From: a virus
Strand: one strand, 5' to 3'
Virus record (IMG/VR): IMGVR_UViG_3300040758_000113
Length of the DNA stretch: 64,000 nucleotides
Part shown: positions 17,676 to 26,788 of the stretch, piece by piece
Layout: the number at the start of each line of letters is the position of its first letter
How positions within the stretch are numbered: position 1 is the stretch's first letter
Notes under the pieces: model-generated
The model's database searches: none
Told to the model about the DNA's origin: nothing
Seen by the model: the letters and a program-made list of their open reading frames with translations, nothing else
Translations under genes and position numbers: made by a program

Positions 17676-18019
17676 CACTCCCCCCATTTCTTGGGAAACC
17701 ACCGCATCGGCGAGGTCTCCGGTAACTCTTCTTCCAACATCCTTCGGCGTTCCGGTTTATCGAAGAACTTTACCAGCCTGCGCAGGAAGTCCTTGGATAT
17801 CTCAATCTCCCCGTCTGCGTAAGCGAAGATGTGTTCGGACTTCACTGCCAAGACCTGCCGGTACTTGTCCTCATCCTTTATGCCGGGCTGGTCAATGTCG
17901 TTGGGATACTTGCGCTGGAGGTCACAGATGTTGAAGGACTCCCGGCGCTTCTCCAATCCGAGAATGGGGTCGTCGGTATCCAGAATCAATCCCATGGTAC
18001 CTCCTACAGTTTCCACCAC
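17675..18019 (-). CDS. hypothetical protein
   Basis: ORF in operon. Confidence 0.5.
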   Translation of the reverse strand: MVETVGGTMGLILDTDDPILGLEKRRESFNICDLQRKYPNDIDQPGIKDEDKYRQVLAVKSEHIFAYADGEIEISKDFLRRLVKFFDKPERRRMLEEELPETSPMRWFPKKWGE

Positions 18020-18531
18020 TTCCCGTGACAGTCTTCCACTATCGTGGGGCAGGACGTAGGGAGTGGCTGGAAGTGTTGGTCAAGTTCCAGTCCGCAAACC
18101 TCACAAGGCACCTGTCCACTCGCCCGGTTGCATTCCTTGGCGGGCAAGTCTTGATTGGGTGCCAAGGTTCCGTGCCGCATCGCTTTGATTATGCGCTCCA
18201 AGTACCGGCACCGCTTTACCAAGAGACTTGTGGGATGTTTGGAACACTCGGTGATATGCTTCTTGACCTTCTCCGCCATGGTCTCCGGGGTGTCTTTGTC
18301 TCCGGGTTCAAAGGTGGTCTGGCAATAGATACACCTGACGTACATGCCCGCCCGGACATCCGCCATGACTTCGCACATCCCGCCGTACATTTCCCGGAGG
18401 ATGAAGTTCTCCTGCATTACGTGGGCCGGGTCGCAGTTGGCTTCCAAGTGGTGAATGAAATCTCGGAGGCGCTGCGGCAGGGCGTTGATATCCTCGCTCG
18501 TACCTTTGAAGTCCGACAGGTCGGCTTTCAT
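18004..18531 (-). CDS. hypothetical Cys-rich protein (start at MKADLSDF)
   Basis: CIYC..CPTIVEDCHGKWW. Confidence 0.5.
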   Translation of the reverse strand: MKADLSDFKGTSEDINALPQRLRDFIHHLEANCDPAHVMQENFILREMYGGMCEVMADVRAGMYVRCIYCQTTFEPGDKDTPETMAEKVKKHITECSKHPTSLLVKRCRYLERIIKAMRHGTLAPNQDLPAKECNRASGQVPCEVCGLELDQHFQPLPTSCPTIVEDCHGKWWKL

Positions 18532-18532
18532 G

Positions 18533-18925
18533 TTACCTCTTTTTCTTGGTAGTTTTCTTGGCCTTCTTGACGGCTTTCTTGGCGGGCTTGGCCTCGGTCT
18601 TGGGTTCATCGTGAGGCAGCAAGCTCTTCCAGCCGTCCGAGGGCGGTTCATCCAAAGTTCCGTCCCGCCAGTCGATGGCTTCAAAGCCAACGCTGGACAG
18701 TTCGTACTTCTGGTCGTCAGTCAGGTCCAATTCCCCCTGCTGTTCGTCAACGTAATCGTTGAGTTCGTCCTCGCTCATATCCTCTTCGAGGACTTTAATC
18801 TGCACGTCGATTTTCGCCCAGTTGTCATCCCCGAAAAAGCTGTAACGGCGGATGCGGGGCTTCATCTCCGATAGCAGAGCGGCTTGAGCCTTAACCTGCT
18901 CTTCGGTCTTGGGTGTGATTGGCAT
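18533..18925 (-). CDS. acidic protein with lysine-rich C-terminal tail
   Basis: KPAKKAVKKAKKTTKKKR tail. Confidence 0.6.
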   Translation of the reverse strand: MPITPKTEEQVKAQAALLSEMKPRIRRYSFFGDDNWAKIDVQIKVLEEDMSEDELNDYVDEQQGELDLTDDQKYELSSVGFEAIDWRDGTLDEPPSDGWKSLLPHDEPKTEAKPAKKAVKKAKKTTKKKR

Positions 18926-18926
18926 A

Positions 18927-19265
18927 CTACTCCTTGTCTAGCATGTAGACGGTGTCAGAAACCATGTAGTACAACACCGCCTTCTGGTCGTAATGCTCCA
19001 TGGTCATGATAGCGACTTTGTCCATGGTAACCTTGTCGGTGAGAAGCCGGACGGGAATCATCGGTTCTCGGAGGATGGCGTTGCCCTCCTTGCCGTTACC
19101 CCATTCATCCTTCGCCGGGGCGGAGATAGTCATCCCGCCGCCCGTAAGCTCCCGGACTTTCTCGTCCCATATTCGGTGGTGGTTAAGCAAGAGCGGAATT
19201 CCCCTGCCGTCCGAGGCGGGCACCAAAACCTCCCATAGTTGTTTGCCGGTGATGAGGTTGCTCAT
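18927..19265 (-). CDS. hypothetical protein (start at MSNLITGK)
   Basis: internal Met coupled to upstream ORF. Confidence 0.5.
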   Translation of the reverse strand: MSNLITGKQLWEVLVPASDGRGIPLLLNHHRIWDEKVRELTGGGMTISAPAKDEWGNGKEGNAILREPMIPVRLLTDKVTMDKVAIMTMEHYDQKAVLYYMVSDTVYMLDKE

Positions 19266-19492
19266 TCTGCCTTCGCTTCCTCCAGCTTCCTGCGCTCTTC
19301 GGCGGCTTCTTTTTCTACTTGGACCAGAAAGCGCCGAAGCTGGTCGGTGGATATGGTGATGGTGTGGGCGGAAACAAGAGTACCATTTTCCCCCCACAAC
19401 GTAACTTTAGTTTCGTCCCGAAAACAGGCCCGGTCGATAAATACTCGGTGACCGAAACCTTCAAAATTGTACGTCCCCTCACATGTGCCCAT
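19262..19492 (-). CDS. hypothetical small protein
   Basis: coupled overlap. Confidence 0.4.
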   Translation of the reverse strand: MGTCEGTYNFEGFGHRVFIDRACFRDETKVTLWGENGTLVSAHTITISTDQLRRFLVQVEKEAAEERRKLEEAKAE

Positions 19493-19498
19493 ATGCCT

Positions 19499-19849
19499 CT
19501 ATTCTCGGCGGTGGGCAATCAGTTCCAAGTAGCGGACCATCTCTTCCCCCCACCCCAGTTGTTCGGCGATACCCGCCATGCCCATTATCGACCCCCGGTA
19601 CCAGCAGCACCGAATGCAACGAATATCATCCAAAGCCGTGTATCGGCAGTCTGGACAGTCAATCATTCCCCACAATGCCGTCCGAATCTGCCGGTGAATG
19701 GTGCGATGGATGATGTCAACTGTAGCCGGTGGTCCGCCATGAAGGCCGCACGCCTGCCCCTTGGTTTCAACCTCGTGTGGGCAATCGTGCTGTGTGCAGA
19801 GCGGAAAACCGTGTACCTTTATCGGTGCGTCGGGGATAGTGACGTTCAT
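19499..19849 (-). CDS. hypothetical Cys/His-rich protein
   Basis: ORF. Confidence 0.5.
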   Translation of the reverse strand: MNVTIPDAPIKVHGFPLCTQHDCPHEVETKGQACGLHGGPPATVDIIHRTIHRQIRTALWGMIDCPDCRYTALDDIRCIRCCWYRGSIMGMAGIAEQLGWGEEMVRYLELIAHRRE

Positions 19850-19871
19850 CGGGTCACTCCTTCAACTAATA

Positions 19872-20402
19872 CTACTCTTTCGGTCGGGGTTTGTAGATGG
19901 AATTCAGAAATTTAACGAAAGCGGCCATTCCTTCCGGCGTGTCGATGTGGTAGAAATCAATGGCGAAGCCTTCGTTCTGTTCCAGTGGAGAGGGGCAGCC
20001 GCAGTGTCCATTCACCCGGACCTGCCGACCCCAAGTCTTGTGGAACTCTTCGGCGATGTCCGAGGGGATTCCCCTTCCGCTCGCCCGGTAGTAGTACCAC
20101 GCTCGCTCGAACTTCCAGTGATGCCAGAAACCGTAGATGTTGGTCGGGGCCTCCTTGTAATAGCCATTGCCGCATCCTCGGAAGCTCTCAGGCATGGCGA
20201 CTATTCCTTCACCCCTATCCAAGGTTCCCATGGGCAATCCCGCCGCCGTCAATTCCGCCGTGATAGCGTCGTCAACCTCTTTGAAAATGGCGCTCTCCTC
20301 GCCGCTGCCAACCTCTTCACTACTTAACCGGGCAAGATTGGGGAACACTCCGGGTTCGGAGTTGCTCGGGCACACCCCGGTGCTTGATATGACAAGACTC
20401 AT
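19872..20402 (-). CDS. hypothetical protein (start MSLVISS, GGAGG RBS)
   Basis: strong RBS. Confidence 0.6.
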   Translation of the reverse strand: MSLVISSTGVCPSNSEPGVFPNLARLSSEEVGSGEESAIFKEVDDAITAELTAAGLPMGTLDRGEGIVAMPESFRGCGNGYYKEAPTNIYGFWHHWKFERAWYYYRASGRGIPSDIAEEFHKTWGRQVRVNGHCGCPSPLEQNEGFAIDFYHIDTPEGMAAFVKFLNSIYKPRPKE

Positions 20403-20410
20403 GGTTCCTC

Positions 20411-20551
20411 CTACCAGAATTTTTTGATGAAGTGAATTGCTACATACAGCAAGCCGCCGCCCACGGCGATGCTCGCTAGCACGCCAAAAATCCAAACAAT
20501 AAAGGCGACTTTGAATGTCGTACTCGGTTTGATTGTAGGAAACTGGTTCAT
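20411..20551 (-). CDS. small single-pass membrane protein (46 aa)
   Basis: GGGGAGG RBS; hydrophobic core FIVWIFGVLASIAVGGGLLYVAI. Confidence 0.5.
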   Translation of the reverse strand: MNQFPTIKPSTTFKVAFIVWIFGVLASIAVGGGLLYVAIHFIKKFW

Positions 20552-21147
20552 GGGTTCCTCCCCGCTTTTTGTTTTATCCACTCTTTTGCGGCTTGTTCGG
20601 CGGAAAACTTTGATAGCCACTTGTTCTCACCCCGGACGTTCACTTCTACACCATCCACCTTGGCATAGTAGTGAATACCTCTCGGCCACTGTGTGACTTC
20701 AATCTTATTGCACTCAGGAAGCTCAAATCCTTTAACCATGTGGGTTTCTAAAAGTTCCAACCCCTGCATGTGAGCGAAGTAAGAGCCATTGTGATGGATG
20801 TAGACATGTCCATGTTTCTGAATGCAATCAAGCATGGATTTGATGATGCCATCGTCTACCCGGCAGGCGGACTCGAACAATGATTGCTCGTGTGCCATCC
20901 CATGGTAACAATAGACCGCCGCCAGCCCATTAACGAAGTGAGAGGGGCCGTCCGTGGACATTTCGCTCGGACCAACCTTGTTGGCGTCCTGATAGCGTTT
21001 TACTTCCGCAAAGGCCGCTCGGACCTGTTTGGGACGGCGAGCCTTCCAATAGGCGTTGAGTTCATCCTCCGACCGGATATCGAACCTCCAGCCGTAGTCC
21101 AACCCCATGGCAGGCCACGTTACGTGAGATACTCTCACTTCGCTCAT
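20548..21147 (-). CDS. hypothetical protein (199 aa)
   Basis: ATGA coupling to downstream gene. Confidence 0.6.
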   Translation of the reverse strand: MSEVRVSHVTWPAMGLDYGWRFDIRSEDELNAYWKARRPKQVRAAFAEVKRYQDANKVGPSEMSTDGPSHFVNGLAAVYCYHGMAHEQSLFESACRVDDGIIKSMLDCIQKHGHVYIHHNGSYFAHMQGLELLETHMVKGFELPECNKIEVTQWPRGIHYYAKVDGVEVNVRGENKWLSKFSAEQAAKEWIKQKAGRNP

Positions 21148-21157
21148 GTTCCTTTCT

Positions 21158-21787
21158 TTATTTGACCCAAATCATGTCCGAAGTTACTTCCACCTGGCTT
21201 ACGTCGTCGTCCACTGTTCCGTACTCCACGGTGTAGACGAGATTCCCATCTTCAACCTTTGCTTTGAAGGTCACACCGTTGTTGTATGTCATGCAATCTT
21301 TGGAGTTGTAAAAACGCACGGCGGTTCCCTCGGGAATCAGCTTTTCTACTTTAGCTAATTGGGACCTTAGAACTGGTTGGAGGGCGGGAGCAAAAGCAGG
21401 ACCGGGCATACACTCGGTGCGAGCAAAATCATAAACTTCTCCGTCTGCCATTACGCCCGTTATTACACCAGCGCTGATGCCGTAGCTTTGCCGGTCATCG
21501 TTCATAACCACTTGGTCACCGTCATCAAGGACTTGACAAGCCTCTTCCCGTTCTTTCTTGCAGACCGGGCATTGACAAAGCCCATCCTCTGTGGCTTCGT
21601 CATCTACAGAACCGGTGTCACAGGAAAAGTCAGGGGTGGGTTTTCTGAACCAACCGATGAGGGCATCTCCAACGCTTTGGAAATAATGGAGTTTGCCGGG
21701 AAACCAGCGGACAACGGATGCCGCCACGGTGAGTTCCAATAAGGCATAAGACAGACCACCAAGCAGAAAGACAAGAACGGTGCGCAT
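21158..21787 (-). CDS. membrane-anchored protein with Cys-rich acidic region
   Basis: N-terminal TM VLVFLLGGLSYALLELTVAASVV. Confidence 0.55.
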   Translation of the reverse strand: MRTVLVFLLGGLSYALLELTVAASVVRWFPGKLHYFQSVGDALIGWFRKPTPDFSCDTGSVDDEATEDGLCQCPVCKKEREEACQVLDDGDQVVMNDDRQSYGISAGVITGVMADGEVYDFARTECMPGPAFAPALQPVLRSQLAKVEKLIPEGTAVRFYNSKDCMTYNNGVTFKAKVEDGNLVYTVEYGTVDDDVSQVEVTSDMIWVK

Positions 21788-21934
21788 AATATCCTCCACT
21801 CTCAGTATACCACAGTGAGAGGGATTTTTGAGGATTATTCTTCGAGCGGCGGGTCCCACCCGTCGTGCGCCATGGGGAACTCGAACACCGGGTTCTCCGT
21901 CTTGCAGTAGGGTACAAACCCCCCAGTCATCGGC

Positions 21935-22240
21935 CTAATGGCGTAATACACGTTCTCCGTGTAGGTGTAGCGGAACTTTGCCCGTACGGACCAGAAAACC
22001 TTCCTTGTTGGCGTCCCACCGGGCTAGTTTGCCGTTTCTTCCCCACCCATAGTAGTAAGCGCCATGCTCAAGCTTCTCCAGAGGTATTGGCTCCGTGGCA
22101 TCCTTGGTGGGGTCGGGGCAGTGGTCATCCCACCAGCCCCTTCCCTCCGAGACTACCTTAATTTTCCCGCATCGGATACATACCTGGTCTTGTTTTCTCT
22201 CTTCTTCATCCGTTGGGAATGCCATACACAAATCCTCCAC
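21935..22240 (-). CDS. hypothetical protein, paralog of next gene (LEHGAYYxGxGRNGKLARW motif)
   Basis: shared motif with 22206..22565. Confidence 0.5.
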   Translation of the reverse strand: MEDLCMAFPTDEEERKQDQVCIRCGKIKVVSEGRGWWDDHCPDPTKDATEPIPLEKLEHGAYYYGWGRNGKLARWDANKEGFLVRTGKVPLHLHGERVLRH

Positions 22241-22565
22241 TGGCGTTAAATTCTTCCTCCGTCAAGGGAATGGTGAATCGAGGGTTATCCAACTTGGCAA
22301 AAGGTTGAAACTCATCAAATCGAATCTCACCCGGCTTCGCATCTACCCAGTAACCGATGCACTCCGGGTAAGTGTCGTAAAACTTGGTGCGCCAATGGAT
22401 GAAGAATCCTTTCTCATTCCACCGGGCAATGCTGGCGTTGCGGCAAGTGCCAGTGTAATAGGCACCGTGTTCGAGTTGGTCTTTAGGCAGCAATGATTCT
22501 CCACCTAATAATACTAGATTTTCCGCTATTTCCGCAGAGCTTCCAAATACCAATGGGGAGGCCAC
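22206..22565 (-). CDS. hypothetical protein, paralog (LEHGAYYTGTCRNASIARW)
   Basis: shared motif. Confidence 0.5.
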   Translation of the reverse strand: MASPLVFGSSAEIAENLVLLGGESLLPKDQLEHGAYYTGTCRNASIARWNEKGFFIHWRTKFYDTYPECIGYWVDAKPGEIRFDEFQPFAKLDNPRFTIPLTEEEFNASGGFVYGIPNG

Positions 22566-22885
22566 TCAAGTTCAGGGTCTAGGTAACCGGGGCGCATCTC
22601 GAAGCGGTATTGGTAGAGCTTGTTGACCGCTTTCATGTGACGGTCCCATGCACGGGCATCGGGATAGCACCAGTGTTGCTTGCCATCACGCTTCCAGTTG
22701 TAGACATCGTTCCAGTGGCATTCACGGAAGTGGGGGAATATAATATCGGTTTCGGGGTCTTTGAGAGCTTGGTGGACCCAAGCATTTTGAGAACGACGGA
22801 CACCTCGGTGAGCTATCCGTTTGTCGTCCTTGCAGGAGCCGACACCACAGACAGCCACGTAGGGTTTGCGGTAAGAGCGGGACAT
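22526..22885 (-). CDS. hypothetical protein
   Basis: ORF. Confidence 0.5.
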   Translation of the reverse strand: MSRSYRKPYVAVCGVGSCKDDKRIAHRGVRRSQNAWVHQALKDPETDIIFPHFRECHWNDVYNWKRDGKQHWCYPDARAWDRHMKAVNKLYQYRFEMRPGYLDPELEWPPHWYLEALRK

Positions 22886-22970
22886 TAAGCACCTCCTTTA
22901 GGTAGCCTAATGCACAGCCCCTCGTTCATCTTTAAAAGTAACATCCATACTAAGGACTCCGGTAGGTGGT

Positions 22971-23891
22971 TTACTTGGGTCCTTTTTCGTTCATACGATT
23001 TATCTCCTCCTTCATAAACCGCAGTTGTTGCAGAGTTTTTTCTGGTATTCCTTTGCATCCAGGATTGATGTTTTTTACCAAAGTTTGAAAAGCCACTGCC
23101 AAGTTTGCTTGGGCGGTCTTGATGATTAAGTACGGCCATATCCTACGAAGAATATCTTCAGCTTTTGAACTCGTCCATATCATCGTATAGCAGTCCTTGT
23201 GGATTTTCCTTCGCCCTTTTCTTCTAACCGTAGTCGCTCCCCATCTTTTCTCAAGGTAATTTTTGAGGGTTTCTGAAGTATTATAGACCCTTATGGATAG
23301 ACGGTAAGCCTCCCGGCGCTTTGTTTCCCTTTTTACGATTGAAATGGTCCCTTCTCCATCTACGAGGGCAGCGAGATGAGAAGCACTTTGTACGGGGTCA
23401 TTAAGGTCTGGAAACTCGTTCCTTTGTATTCCCCAGGTTTCTAGCCACTCTATCTCTTGAGAACTAAGCGGACATGGAGACGGATTTCCCGGCTTCCAAG
23501 GGTGGATATGGTCGGGGAGATTATTAAGTTCTGGGGGCCTCTGTCCGGTGTATACCCATATAGATGTTTGTAGGGCGTTAAGCAGGTTCCACATAGCTTG
23601 TGAAAGATGGGGTTCACTTCTGTCACCCTCTAAATGAGCGGTTATATGCCTTATAGCGCTATCAAGCAAATCCGCAATCTTCATCCCGTTCTCCCAATTA
23701 CGGGTGTCTCCATTACCTGTTCCACCTGAGAGAAGGTCTCGTTGTTTGTTACCTATTTCATAGATGCGAGAAACCATCTTAACGGCTGTCCAGGGCATCC
23801 AGTGAAATGCTCCCTTGCCTATACGACTGTCTCGTTGTGCTCCAGTGGAATATATAGTCTCTGCTGTGGCACTTTTTTTGAATTGTTCCAT
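22971..23891 (-). CDS. LAGLIDADG-type homing endonuclease with ~175-aa N-terminal extension
   Basis: LAALVDGEGTISIVKR motif. Confidence 0.55.
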   Translation of the reverse strand: MEQFKKSATAETIYSTGAQRDSRIGKGAFHWMPWTAVKMVSRIYEIGNKQRDLLSGGTGNGDTRNWENGMKIADLLDSAIRHITAHLEGDRSEPHLSQAMWNLLNALQTSIWVYTGQRPPELNNLPDHIHPWKPGNPSPCPLSSQEIEWLETWGIQRNEFPDLNDPVQSASHLAALVDGEGTISIVKRETKRREAYRLSIRVYNTSETLKNYLEKRWGATTVRRKGRRKIHKDCYTMIWTSSKAEDILRRIWPYLIIKTAQANLAVAFQTLVKNINPGCKGIPEKTLQQLRFMKEEINRMNEKGPK

Positions 23892-23907
23892 GTTTATAGA
23901 TACTGCT

Positions 23908-24120
23908 TTATTCTGATTTCTTCTCAGCTTTCCCTATGGCTTCTTTCACCTGTGGGAGGTCTTTTACCCACATGAGCCGGGGGTCATCCAGCATTTCCTT
24001 GGTGATGACGATGGGAGCCGGGGGCTGCATTGCTGAAAGCTGGATGATGGACTTAACCTGTTCCCGATGCATCAGGCACAGGTACAGAGCCAGCGCTCGA
24101 AGCATTTTGGAACTCTCCAC
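23908..24120 (-). CDS. hypothetical small protein
   Basis: ORF. Confidence 0.4.
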   Translation of the reverse strand: MESSKMLRALALYLCLMHREQVKSIIQLSAMQPPAPIVITKEMLDDPRLMWVKDLPQVKEAIGKAEKKSE

Positions 24121-24155
24121 TCACGAAGATGATACAGATTACAACCAAGGCAGTT

Positions 24156-24428
24156 TCACTTAGCATTTCTCTTCCCCCTTGCTTTGAATTCTTGAATCTG
24201 ACCCACCATCTTCATGTGGTTCCAGAGAGACACCTGTAATGCCTCTATCAGATGGTAAGTCTGTAAAGACTCCCACTGCATCCCGCCAAGCTCCCATGGC
24301 TTGGCTTCCACCCCCTTGGGGTTGGCGACGGAGACGCTTTGCACACAGAATTTCTTCCAGTTTGCTAAGACTTTGGCGAAGTCAATCAACGTCTCCATGT
24401 TTAAGGCGTCATGTTTGCGGGTTGCCAT
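24156..24428 (-). CDS. hypothetical protein
   Basis: ORF. Confidence 0.45.
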   Translation of the reverse strand: MATRKHDALNMETLIDFAKVLANWKKFCVQSVSVANPKGVEAKPWELGGMQWESLQTYHLIEALQVSLWNHMKMVGQIQEFKARGKRNAK

Positions 24429-24643
24429 TAACTCTCCTTGGGTACCGGAACTAGCCCCGACCCGTTACAGGTCGGACAAACTTTGTGCTTGGTCGGTTCG
24501 GGAGCCAATAGTCGGGGGTCATAGCTGCCGCATCCGGCGCAAACGTAGCACCCGCATTCCGGGCAAGTAATATGCCGGTATCCATCACAGCTACCGGCTG
24601 GCGCACAATGCTTACATGCAGGCTTGTCCATAGGACCTCCCAT
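24428..24643 (-). CDS. Cys-rich putative Zn-binding protein
   Basis: CKHC..CDGYRHITCPECGCYVCAGCG..CPTCNG. Confidence 0.5.
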   Translation of the reverse strand: MGGPMDKPACKHCAPAGSCDGYRHITCPECGCYVCAGCGSYDPRLLAPEPTKHKVCPTCNGSGLVPVPKES

Positions 24644-24674
24644 ATAAAATACTCAGTTTTATGGGAAAATTAAA

Positions 24675-25523
24675 TCATATTTGACAATGTTGGCATCTTA
24701 AAACTGAAATTCCTCGATTTATATGCCAACGTTGATGGTTTCCTAAGTTACTTTTACCTAGGTTCTTTGAAGCTTCCAAATGTTTAGGAGTTAAAAGGTA
24801 TGGTCTTTTTATCCTTTTTGGCATTAATATACGGATGGGCATCACAGGTTTAATGCCTTGTTCTTTCTCTCTTTTGCGTCTAAGGAGTTGTGCATTTGAC
24901 CTATTAGTATAACATTGTGGGGATTGAATAGCTCTACGAAGACTTTTTAACCTTTTTATTTCACTTTCTTCGTTTTTTGGTTGTTTAGAATAACACAAAT
25001 GTGAACAGTATATTTTTTCTTTCCTTCCAAATGAAACAGAAAATGATTTACCACACACCGGACAGACCTTGTTTATCTTTGGTCTACTATTTAATTTCTT
25101 GGTTTCACTAATTTTTATATTAGAAAGTCTTTTAGTTTCAGAATTTCTAGGGTCTCTGTGCCAAGCCATTTTCATTTTGCTTTGATTTTGCTTCCATTCC
25201 TCAGAATGCGGCCCTGTAAATCCCTCTCCTCCCCGGCATATGTTGTACCCACACTCAGGGTCCTGCGACCGCAGGAACTTAATAAAGTCTCTTTCGGTCT
25301 GGTCAAGCTCTGTTTTATTCTGGATATCGGAACGTAGGGCGTAAATAGACCAGAGAGAAGACTGTGGATATTTTCTCATTGCATTGAAAAGGTGAGAACT
25401 TCCATTGTGCTGATGCCGAGCAGCGGATAACTTGGTTTGAAGATACTTTCTAAGATTGTTTCCCTTATGCTGACCGACATAATATTTGCCGGTCTTATGA
25501 TTAACGATAAGATAAATGAACAT
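24675..25523 (-). CDS. GIY-YIG homing endonuclease (paralog of 61214..61921) with C-terminal Zn-ribbon
   Basis: MFIYLIVNHKTGKYYVGQH; VCPVCGKSFSVSFGRKEKIYCSHLC. Confidence 0.8.
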   Translation of the reverse strand: MFIYLIVNHKTGKYYVGQHKGNNLRKYLQTKLSAARHQHNGSSHLFNAMRKYPQSSLWSIYALRSDIQNKTELDQTERDFIKFLRSQDPECGYNICRGGEGFTGPHSEEWKQNQSKMKMAWHRDPRNSETKRLSNIKISETKKLNSRPKINKVCPVCGKSFSVSFGRKEKIYCSHLCYSKQPKNEESEIKRLKSLRRAIQSPQCYTNRSNAQLLRRKREKEQGIKPVMPIRILMPKRIKRPYLLTPKHLEASKNLGKSNLGNHQRWHINRGISVLRCQHCQI

Positions 25524-25525
25524 TT

Positions 25526-25560
25526 TGAACTCTACTCCTATAAATACTTTGGAAAGTTCA
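25526..25560. promoter_or_regulatory. hairpin TGAACT...AGTTCA with CCTATAAAT in loop immediately upstream of GIY-YIG gene
   Basis: inverted repeat seen in sequence. Confidence 0.35.
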
Positions 25561-25568
25561 TTTTTCCA

Positions 25569-25943
25569 TTATCTTAAAATATAGGCGAGAGTTAATTCAT
25601 CATGGTCAAGGATGCGGTAGCTTTGCAGTTCGGCATCCTCGGGGACCACTCCCTCTTGCTTGAGGGTCTCGAAGGGGGGTAAAAAGCACTCTATCACGGG
25701 AAACACCCTCATGTGGGGCATGAGAATGCACACCTCTTCCATGTAGGGTGCCCCAATGCCGGTGTATCCTGATAAGAGAAAGCTTCTCAAGTGCTTGGCT
25801 TCCTTGGTCAAATAGCGAAGCTGCACTTTGACGTGATTGGGCATCACGGAAGCGATGCCAATTTTAGTATCCGGGATTTCAGCGGCGGCGGTCAAGGAAT
25901 TTCTCCACAACACTGGCAATGTTTTGTACCGGAGGAGTTCCAC
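25569..25943 (-). CDS. hypothetical protein
   Basis: ORF; overlaps upstream ORF, start uncertain. Confidence 0.4.
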   Translation of the reverse strand: MELLRYKTLPVLWRNSLTAAAEIPDTKIGIASVMPNHVKVQLRYLTKEAKHLRSFLLSGYTGIGAPYMEEVCILMPHMRVFPVIECFLPPFETLKQEGVVPEDAELQSYRILDHDELTLAYILR

Positions 25944-26505
25944 CCGTGGGAGGAGCCTGTGGAGTCGTGGGGGTCGGGGGAGCCACGGCGGATTGACCCC
26001 TCTCCACTCGCTTATTGATTGTCATGGGTTGGCCGGTCTTCTGCTGGGTCAAATATTCCCGCAGATGAATGTCTCCCTCGGCAAGGACGATGTTTTTGAG
26101 ACCGCTGAACATTAGCCGGGTTCGGCTTCCGGCTCCGGTGCTGAAAGAGGTAACCCGGACCCCTTCTCCCTCTTTTCCAAGGTAGGCGAAATCCATTTGA
26201 TAGACATCAAGTCCGTGCCTGCCCAACAGAGTGTAGATGGTGTCGGAGTTAAGGTGGATAGCGATGGCAACCTCGTTCAGGGCAATCTCTTCCTCTCGAA
26301 GGGTGGTTTCACCGTCTTCGTCCCAGTACTCCTCCAAAAGGTCAATGATGGATTCCTTGGCGGCACTGATGACACCCCGGTCAGAGGTCATGCCGTACAG
26401 GAAAATCTCCATCTCCCACACTTTTCCGTGACTGAGGCTCTCCATTATCCTCATTCCCTCGTAAAGGGTAGCCAGCCGGTCTTCGTCAATCCACATGAAA
26501 TCCAT
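25879..26505 (-). CDS. hypothetical protein with Pro/Thr-rich C-terminus
   Basis: ORF. Confidence 0.55.
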   Translation of the reverse strand: MDFMWIDEDRLATLYEGMRIMESLSHGKVWEMEIFLYGMTSDRGVISAAKESIIDLLEEYWDEDGETTLREEEIALNEVAIAIHLNSDTIYTLLGRHGLDVYQMDFAYLGKEGEGVRVTSFSTGAGSRTRLMFSGLKNIVLAEGDIHLREYLTQQKTGQPMTINKRVERGQSAVAPPTPTTPQAPPTGGTPPVQNIASVVEKFLDRRR

Positions 26506-26536
26506 AATTTCCCCCTAATAAGGGGTCCAAAATCTG

Positions 26537-26776
26537 TTATTTGGGTGGGTGTTTTCCGAAAAGGCTTGAAAACAAATCACCGAAGTCTCCCCCATCTTTT
26601 CCGAATATCTGGTCTACAAACCGCTCACCAGCGGTCTGAGGCTGCGGGGGACTGCCGGGCGCTGGGGCTAAAGATACGGAAAGCTCCGCAACCTCGGCTA
26701 TGCGGATAGTCACCGTCTCTCCCGAGGCTATCTTTCGGAGAGTCATCTCGCTAAGTCTCACTTGCGCTTTAGTCAA
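26537..26776 (-). CDS. hypothetical small protein
   Basis: ORF. Confidence 0.45.
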   Translation of the reverse strand: MTKAQVRLSEMTLRKIASGETVTIRIAEVAELSVSLAPAPGSPPQPQTAGERFVDQIFGKDGGDFGDLFSSLFGKHPPK

Positions 26777-26788
26777 AACCCACCTCCG

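Noticed and set aside
25541-25548. TATAAATA (T4 late-promoter-like) sequence on the plus strand
   Set aside because: It lies on the wrong strand relative to the adjacent minus-strand GIY-YIG gene. It is recorded only as part of the CCTATAA hairpin motif.
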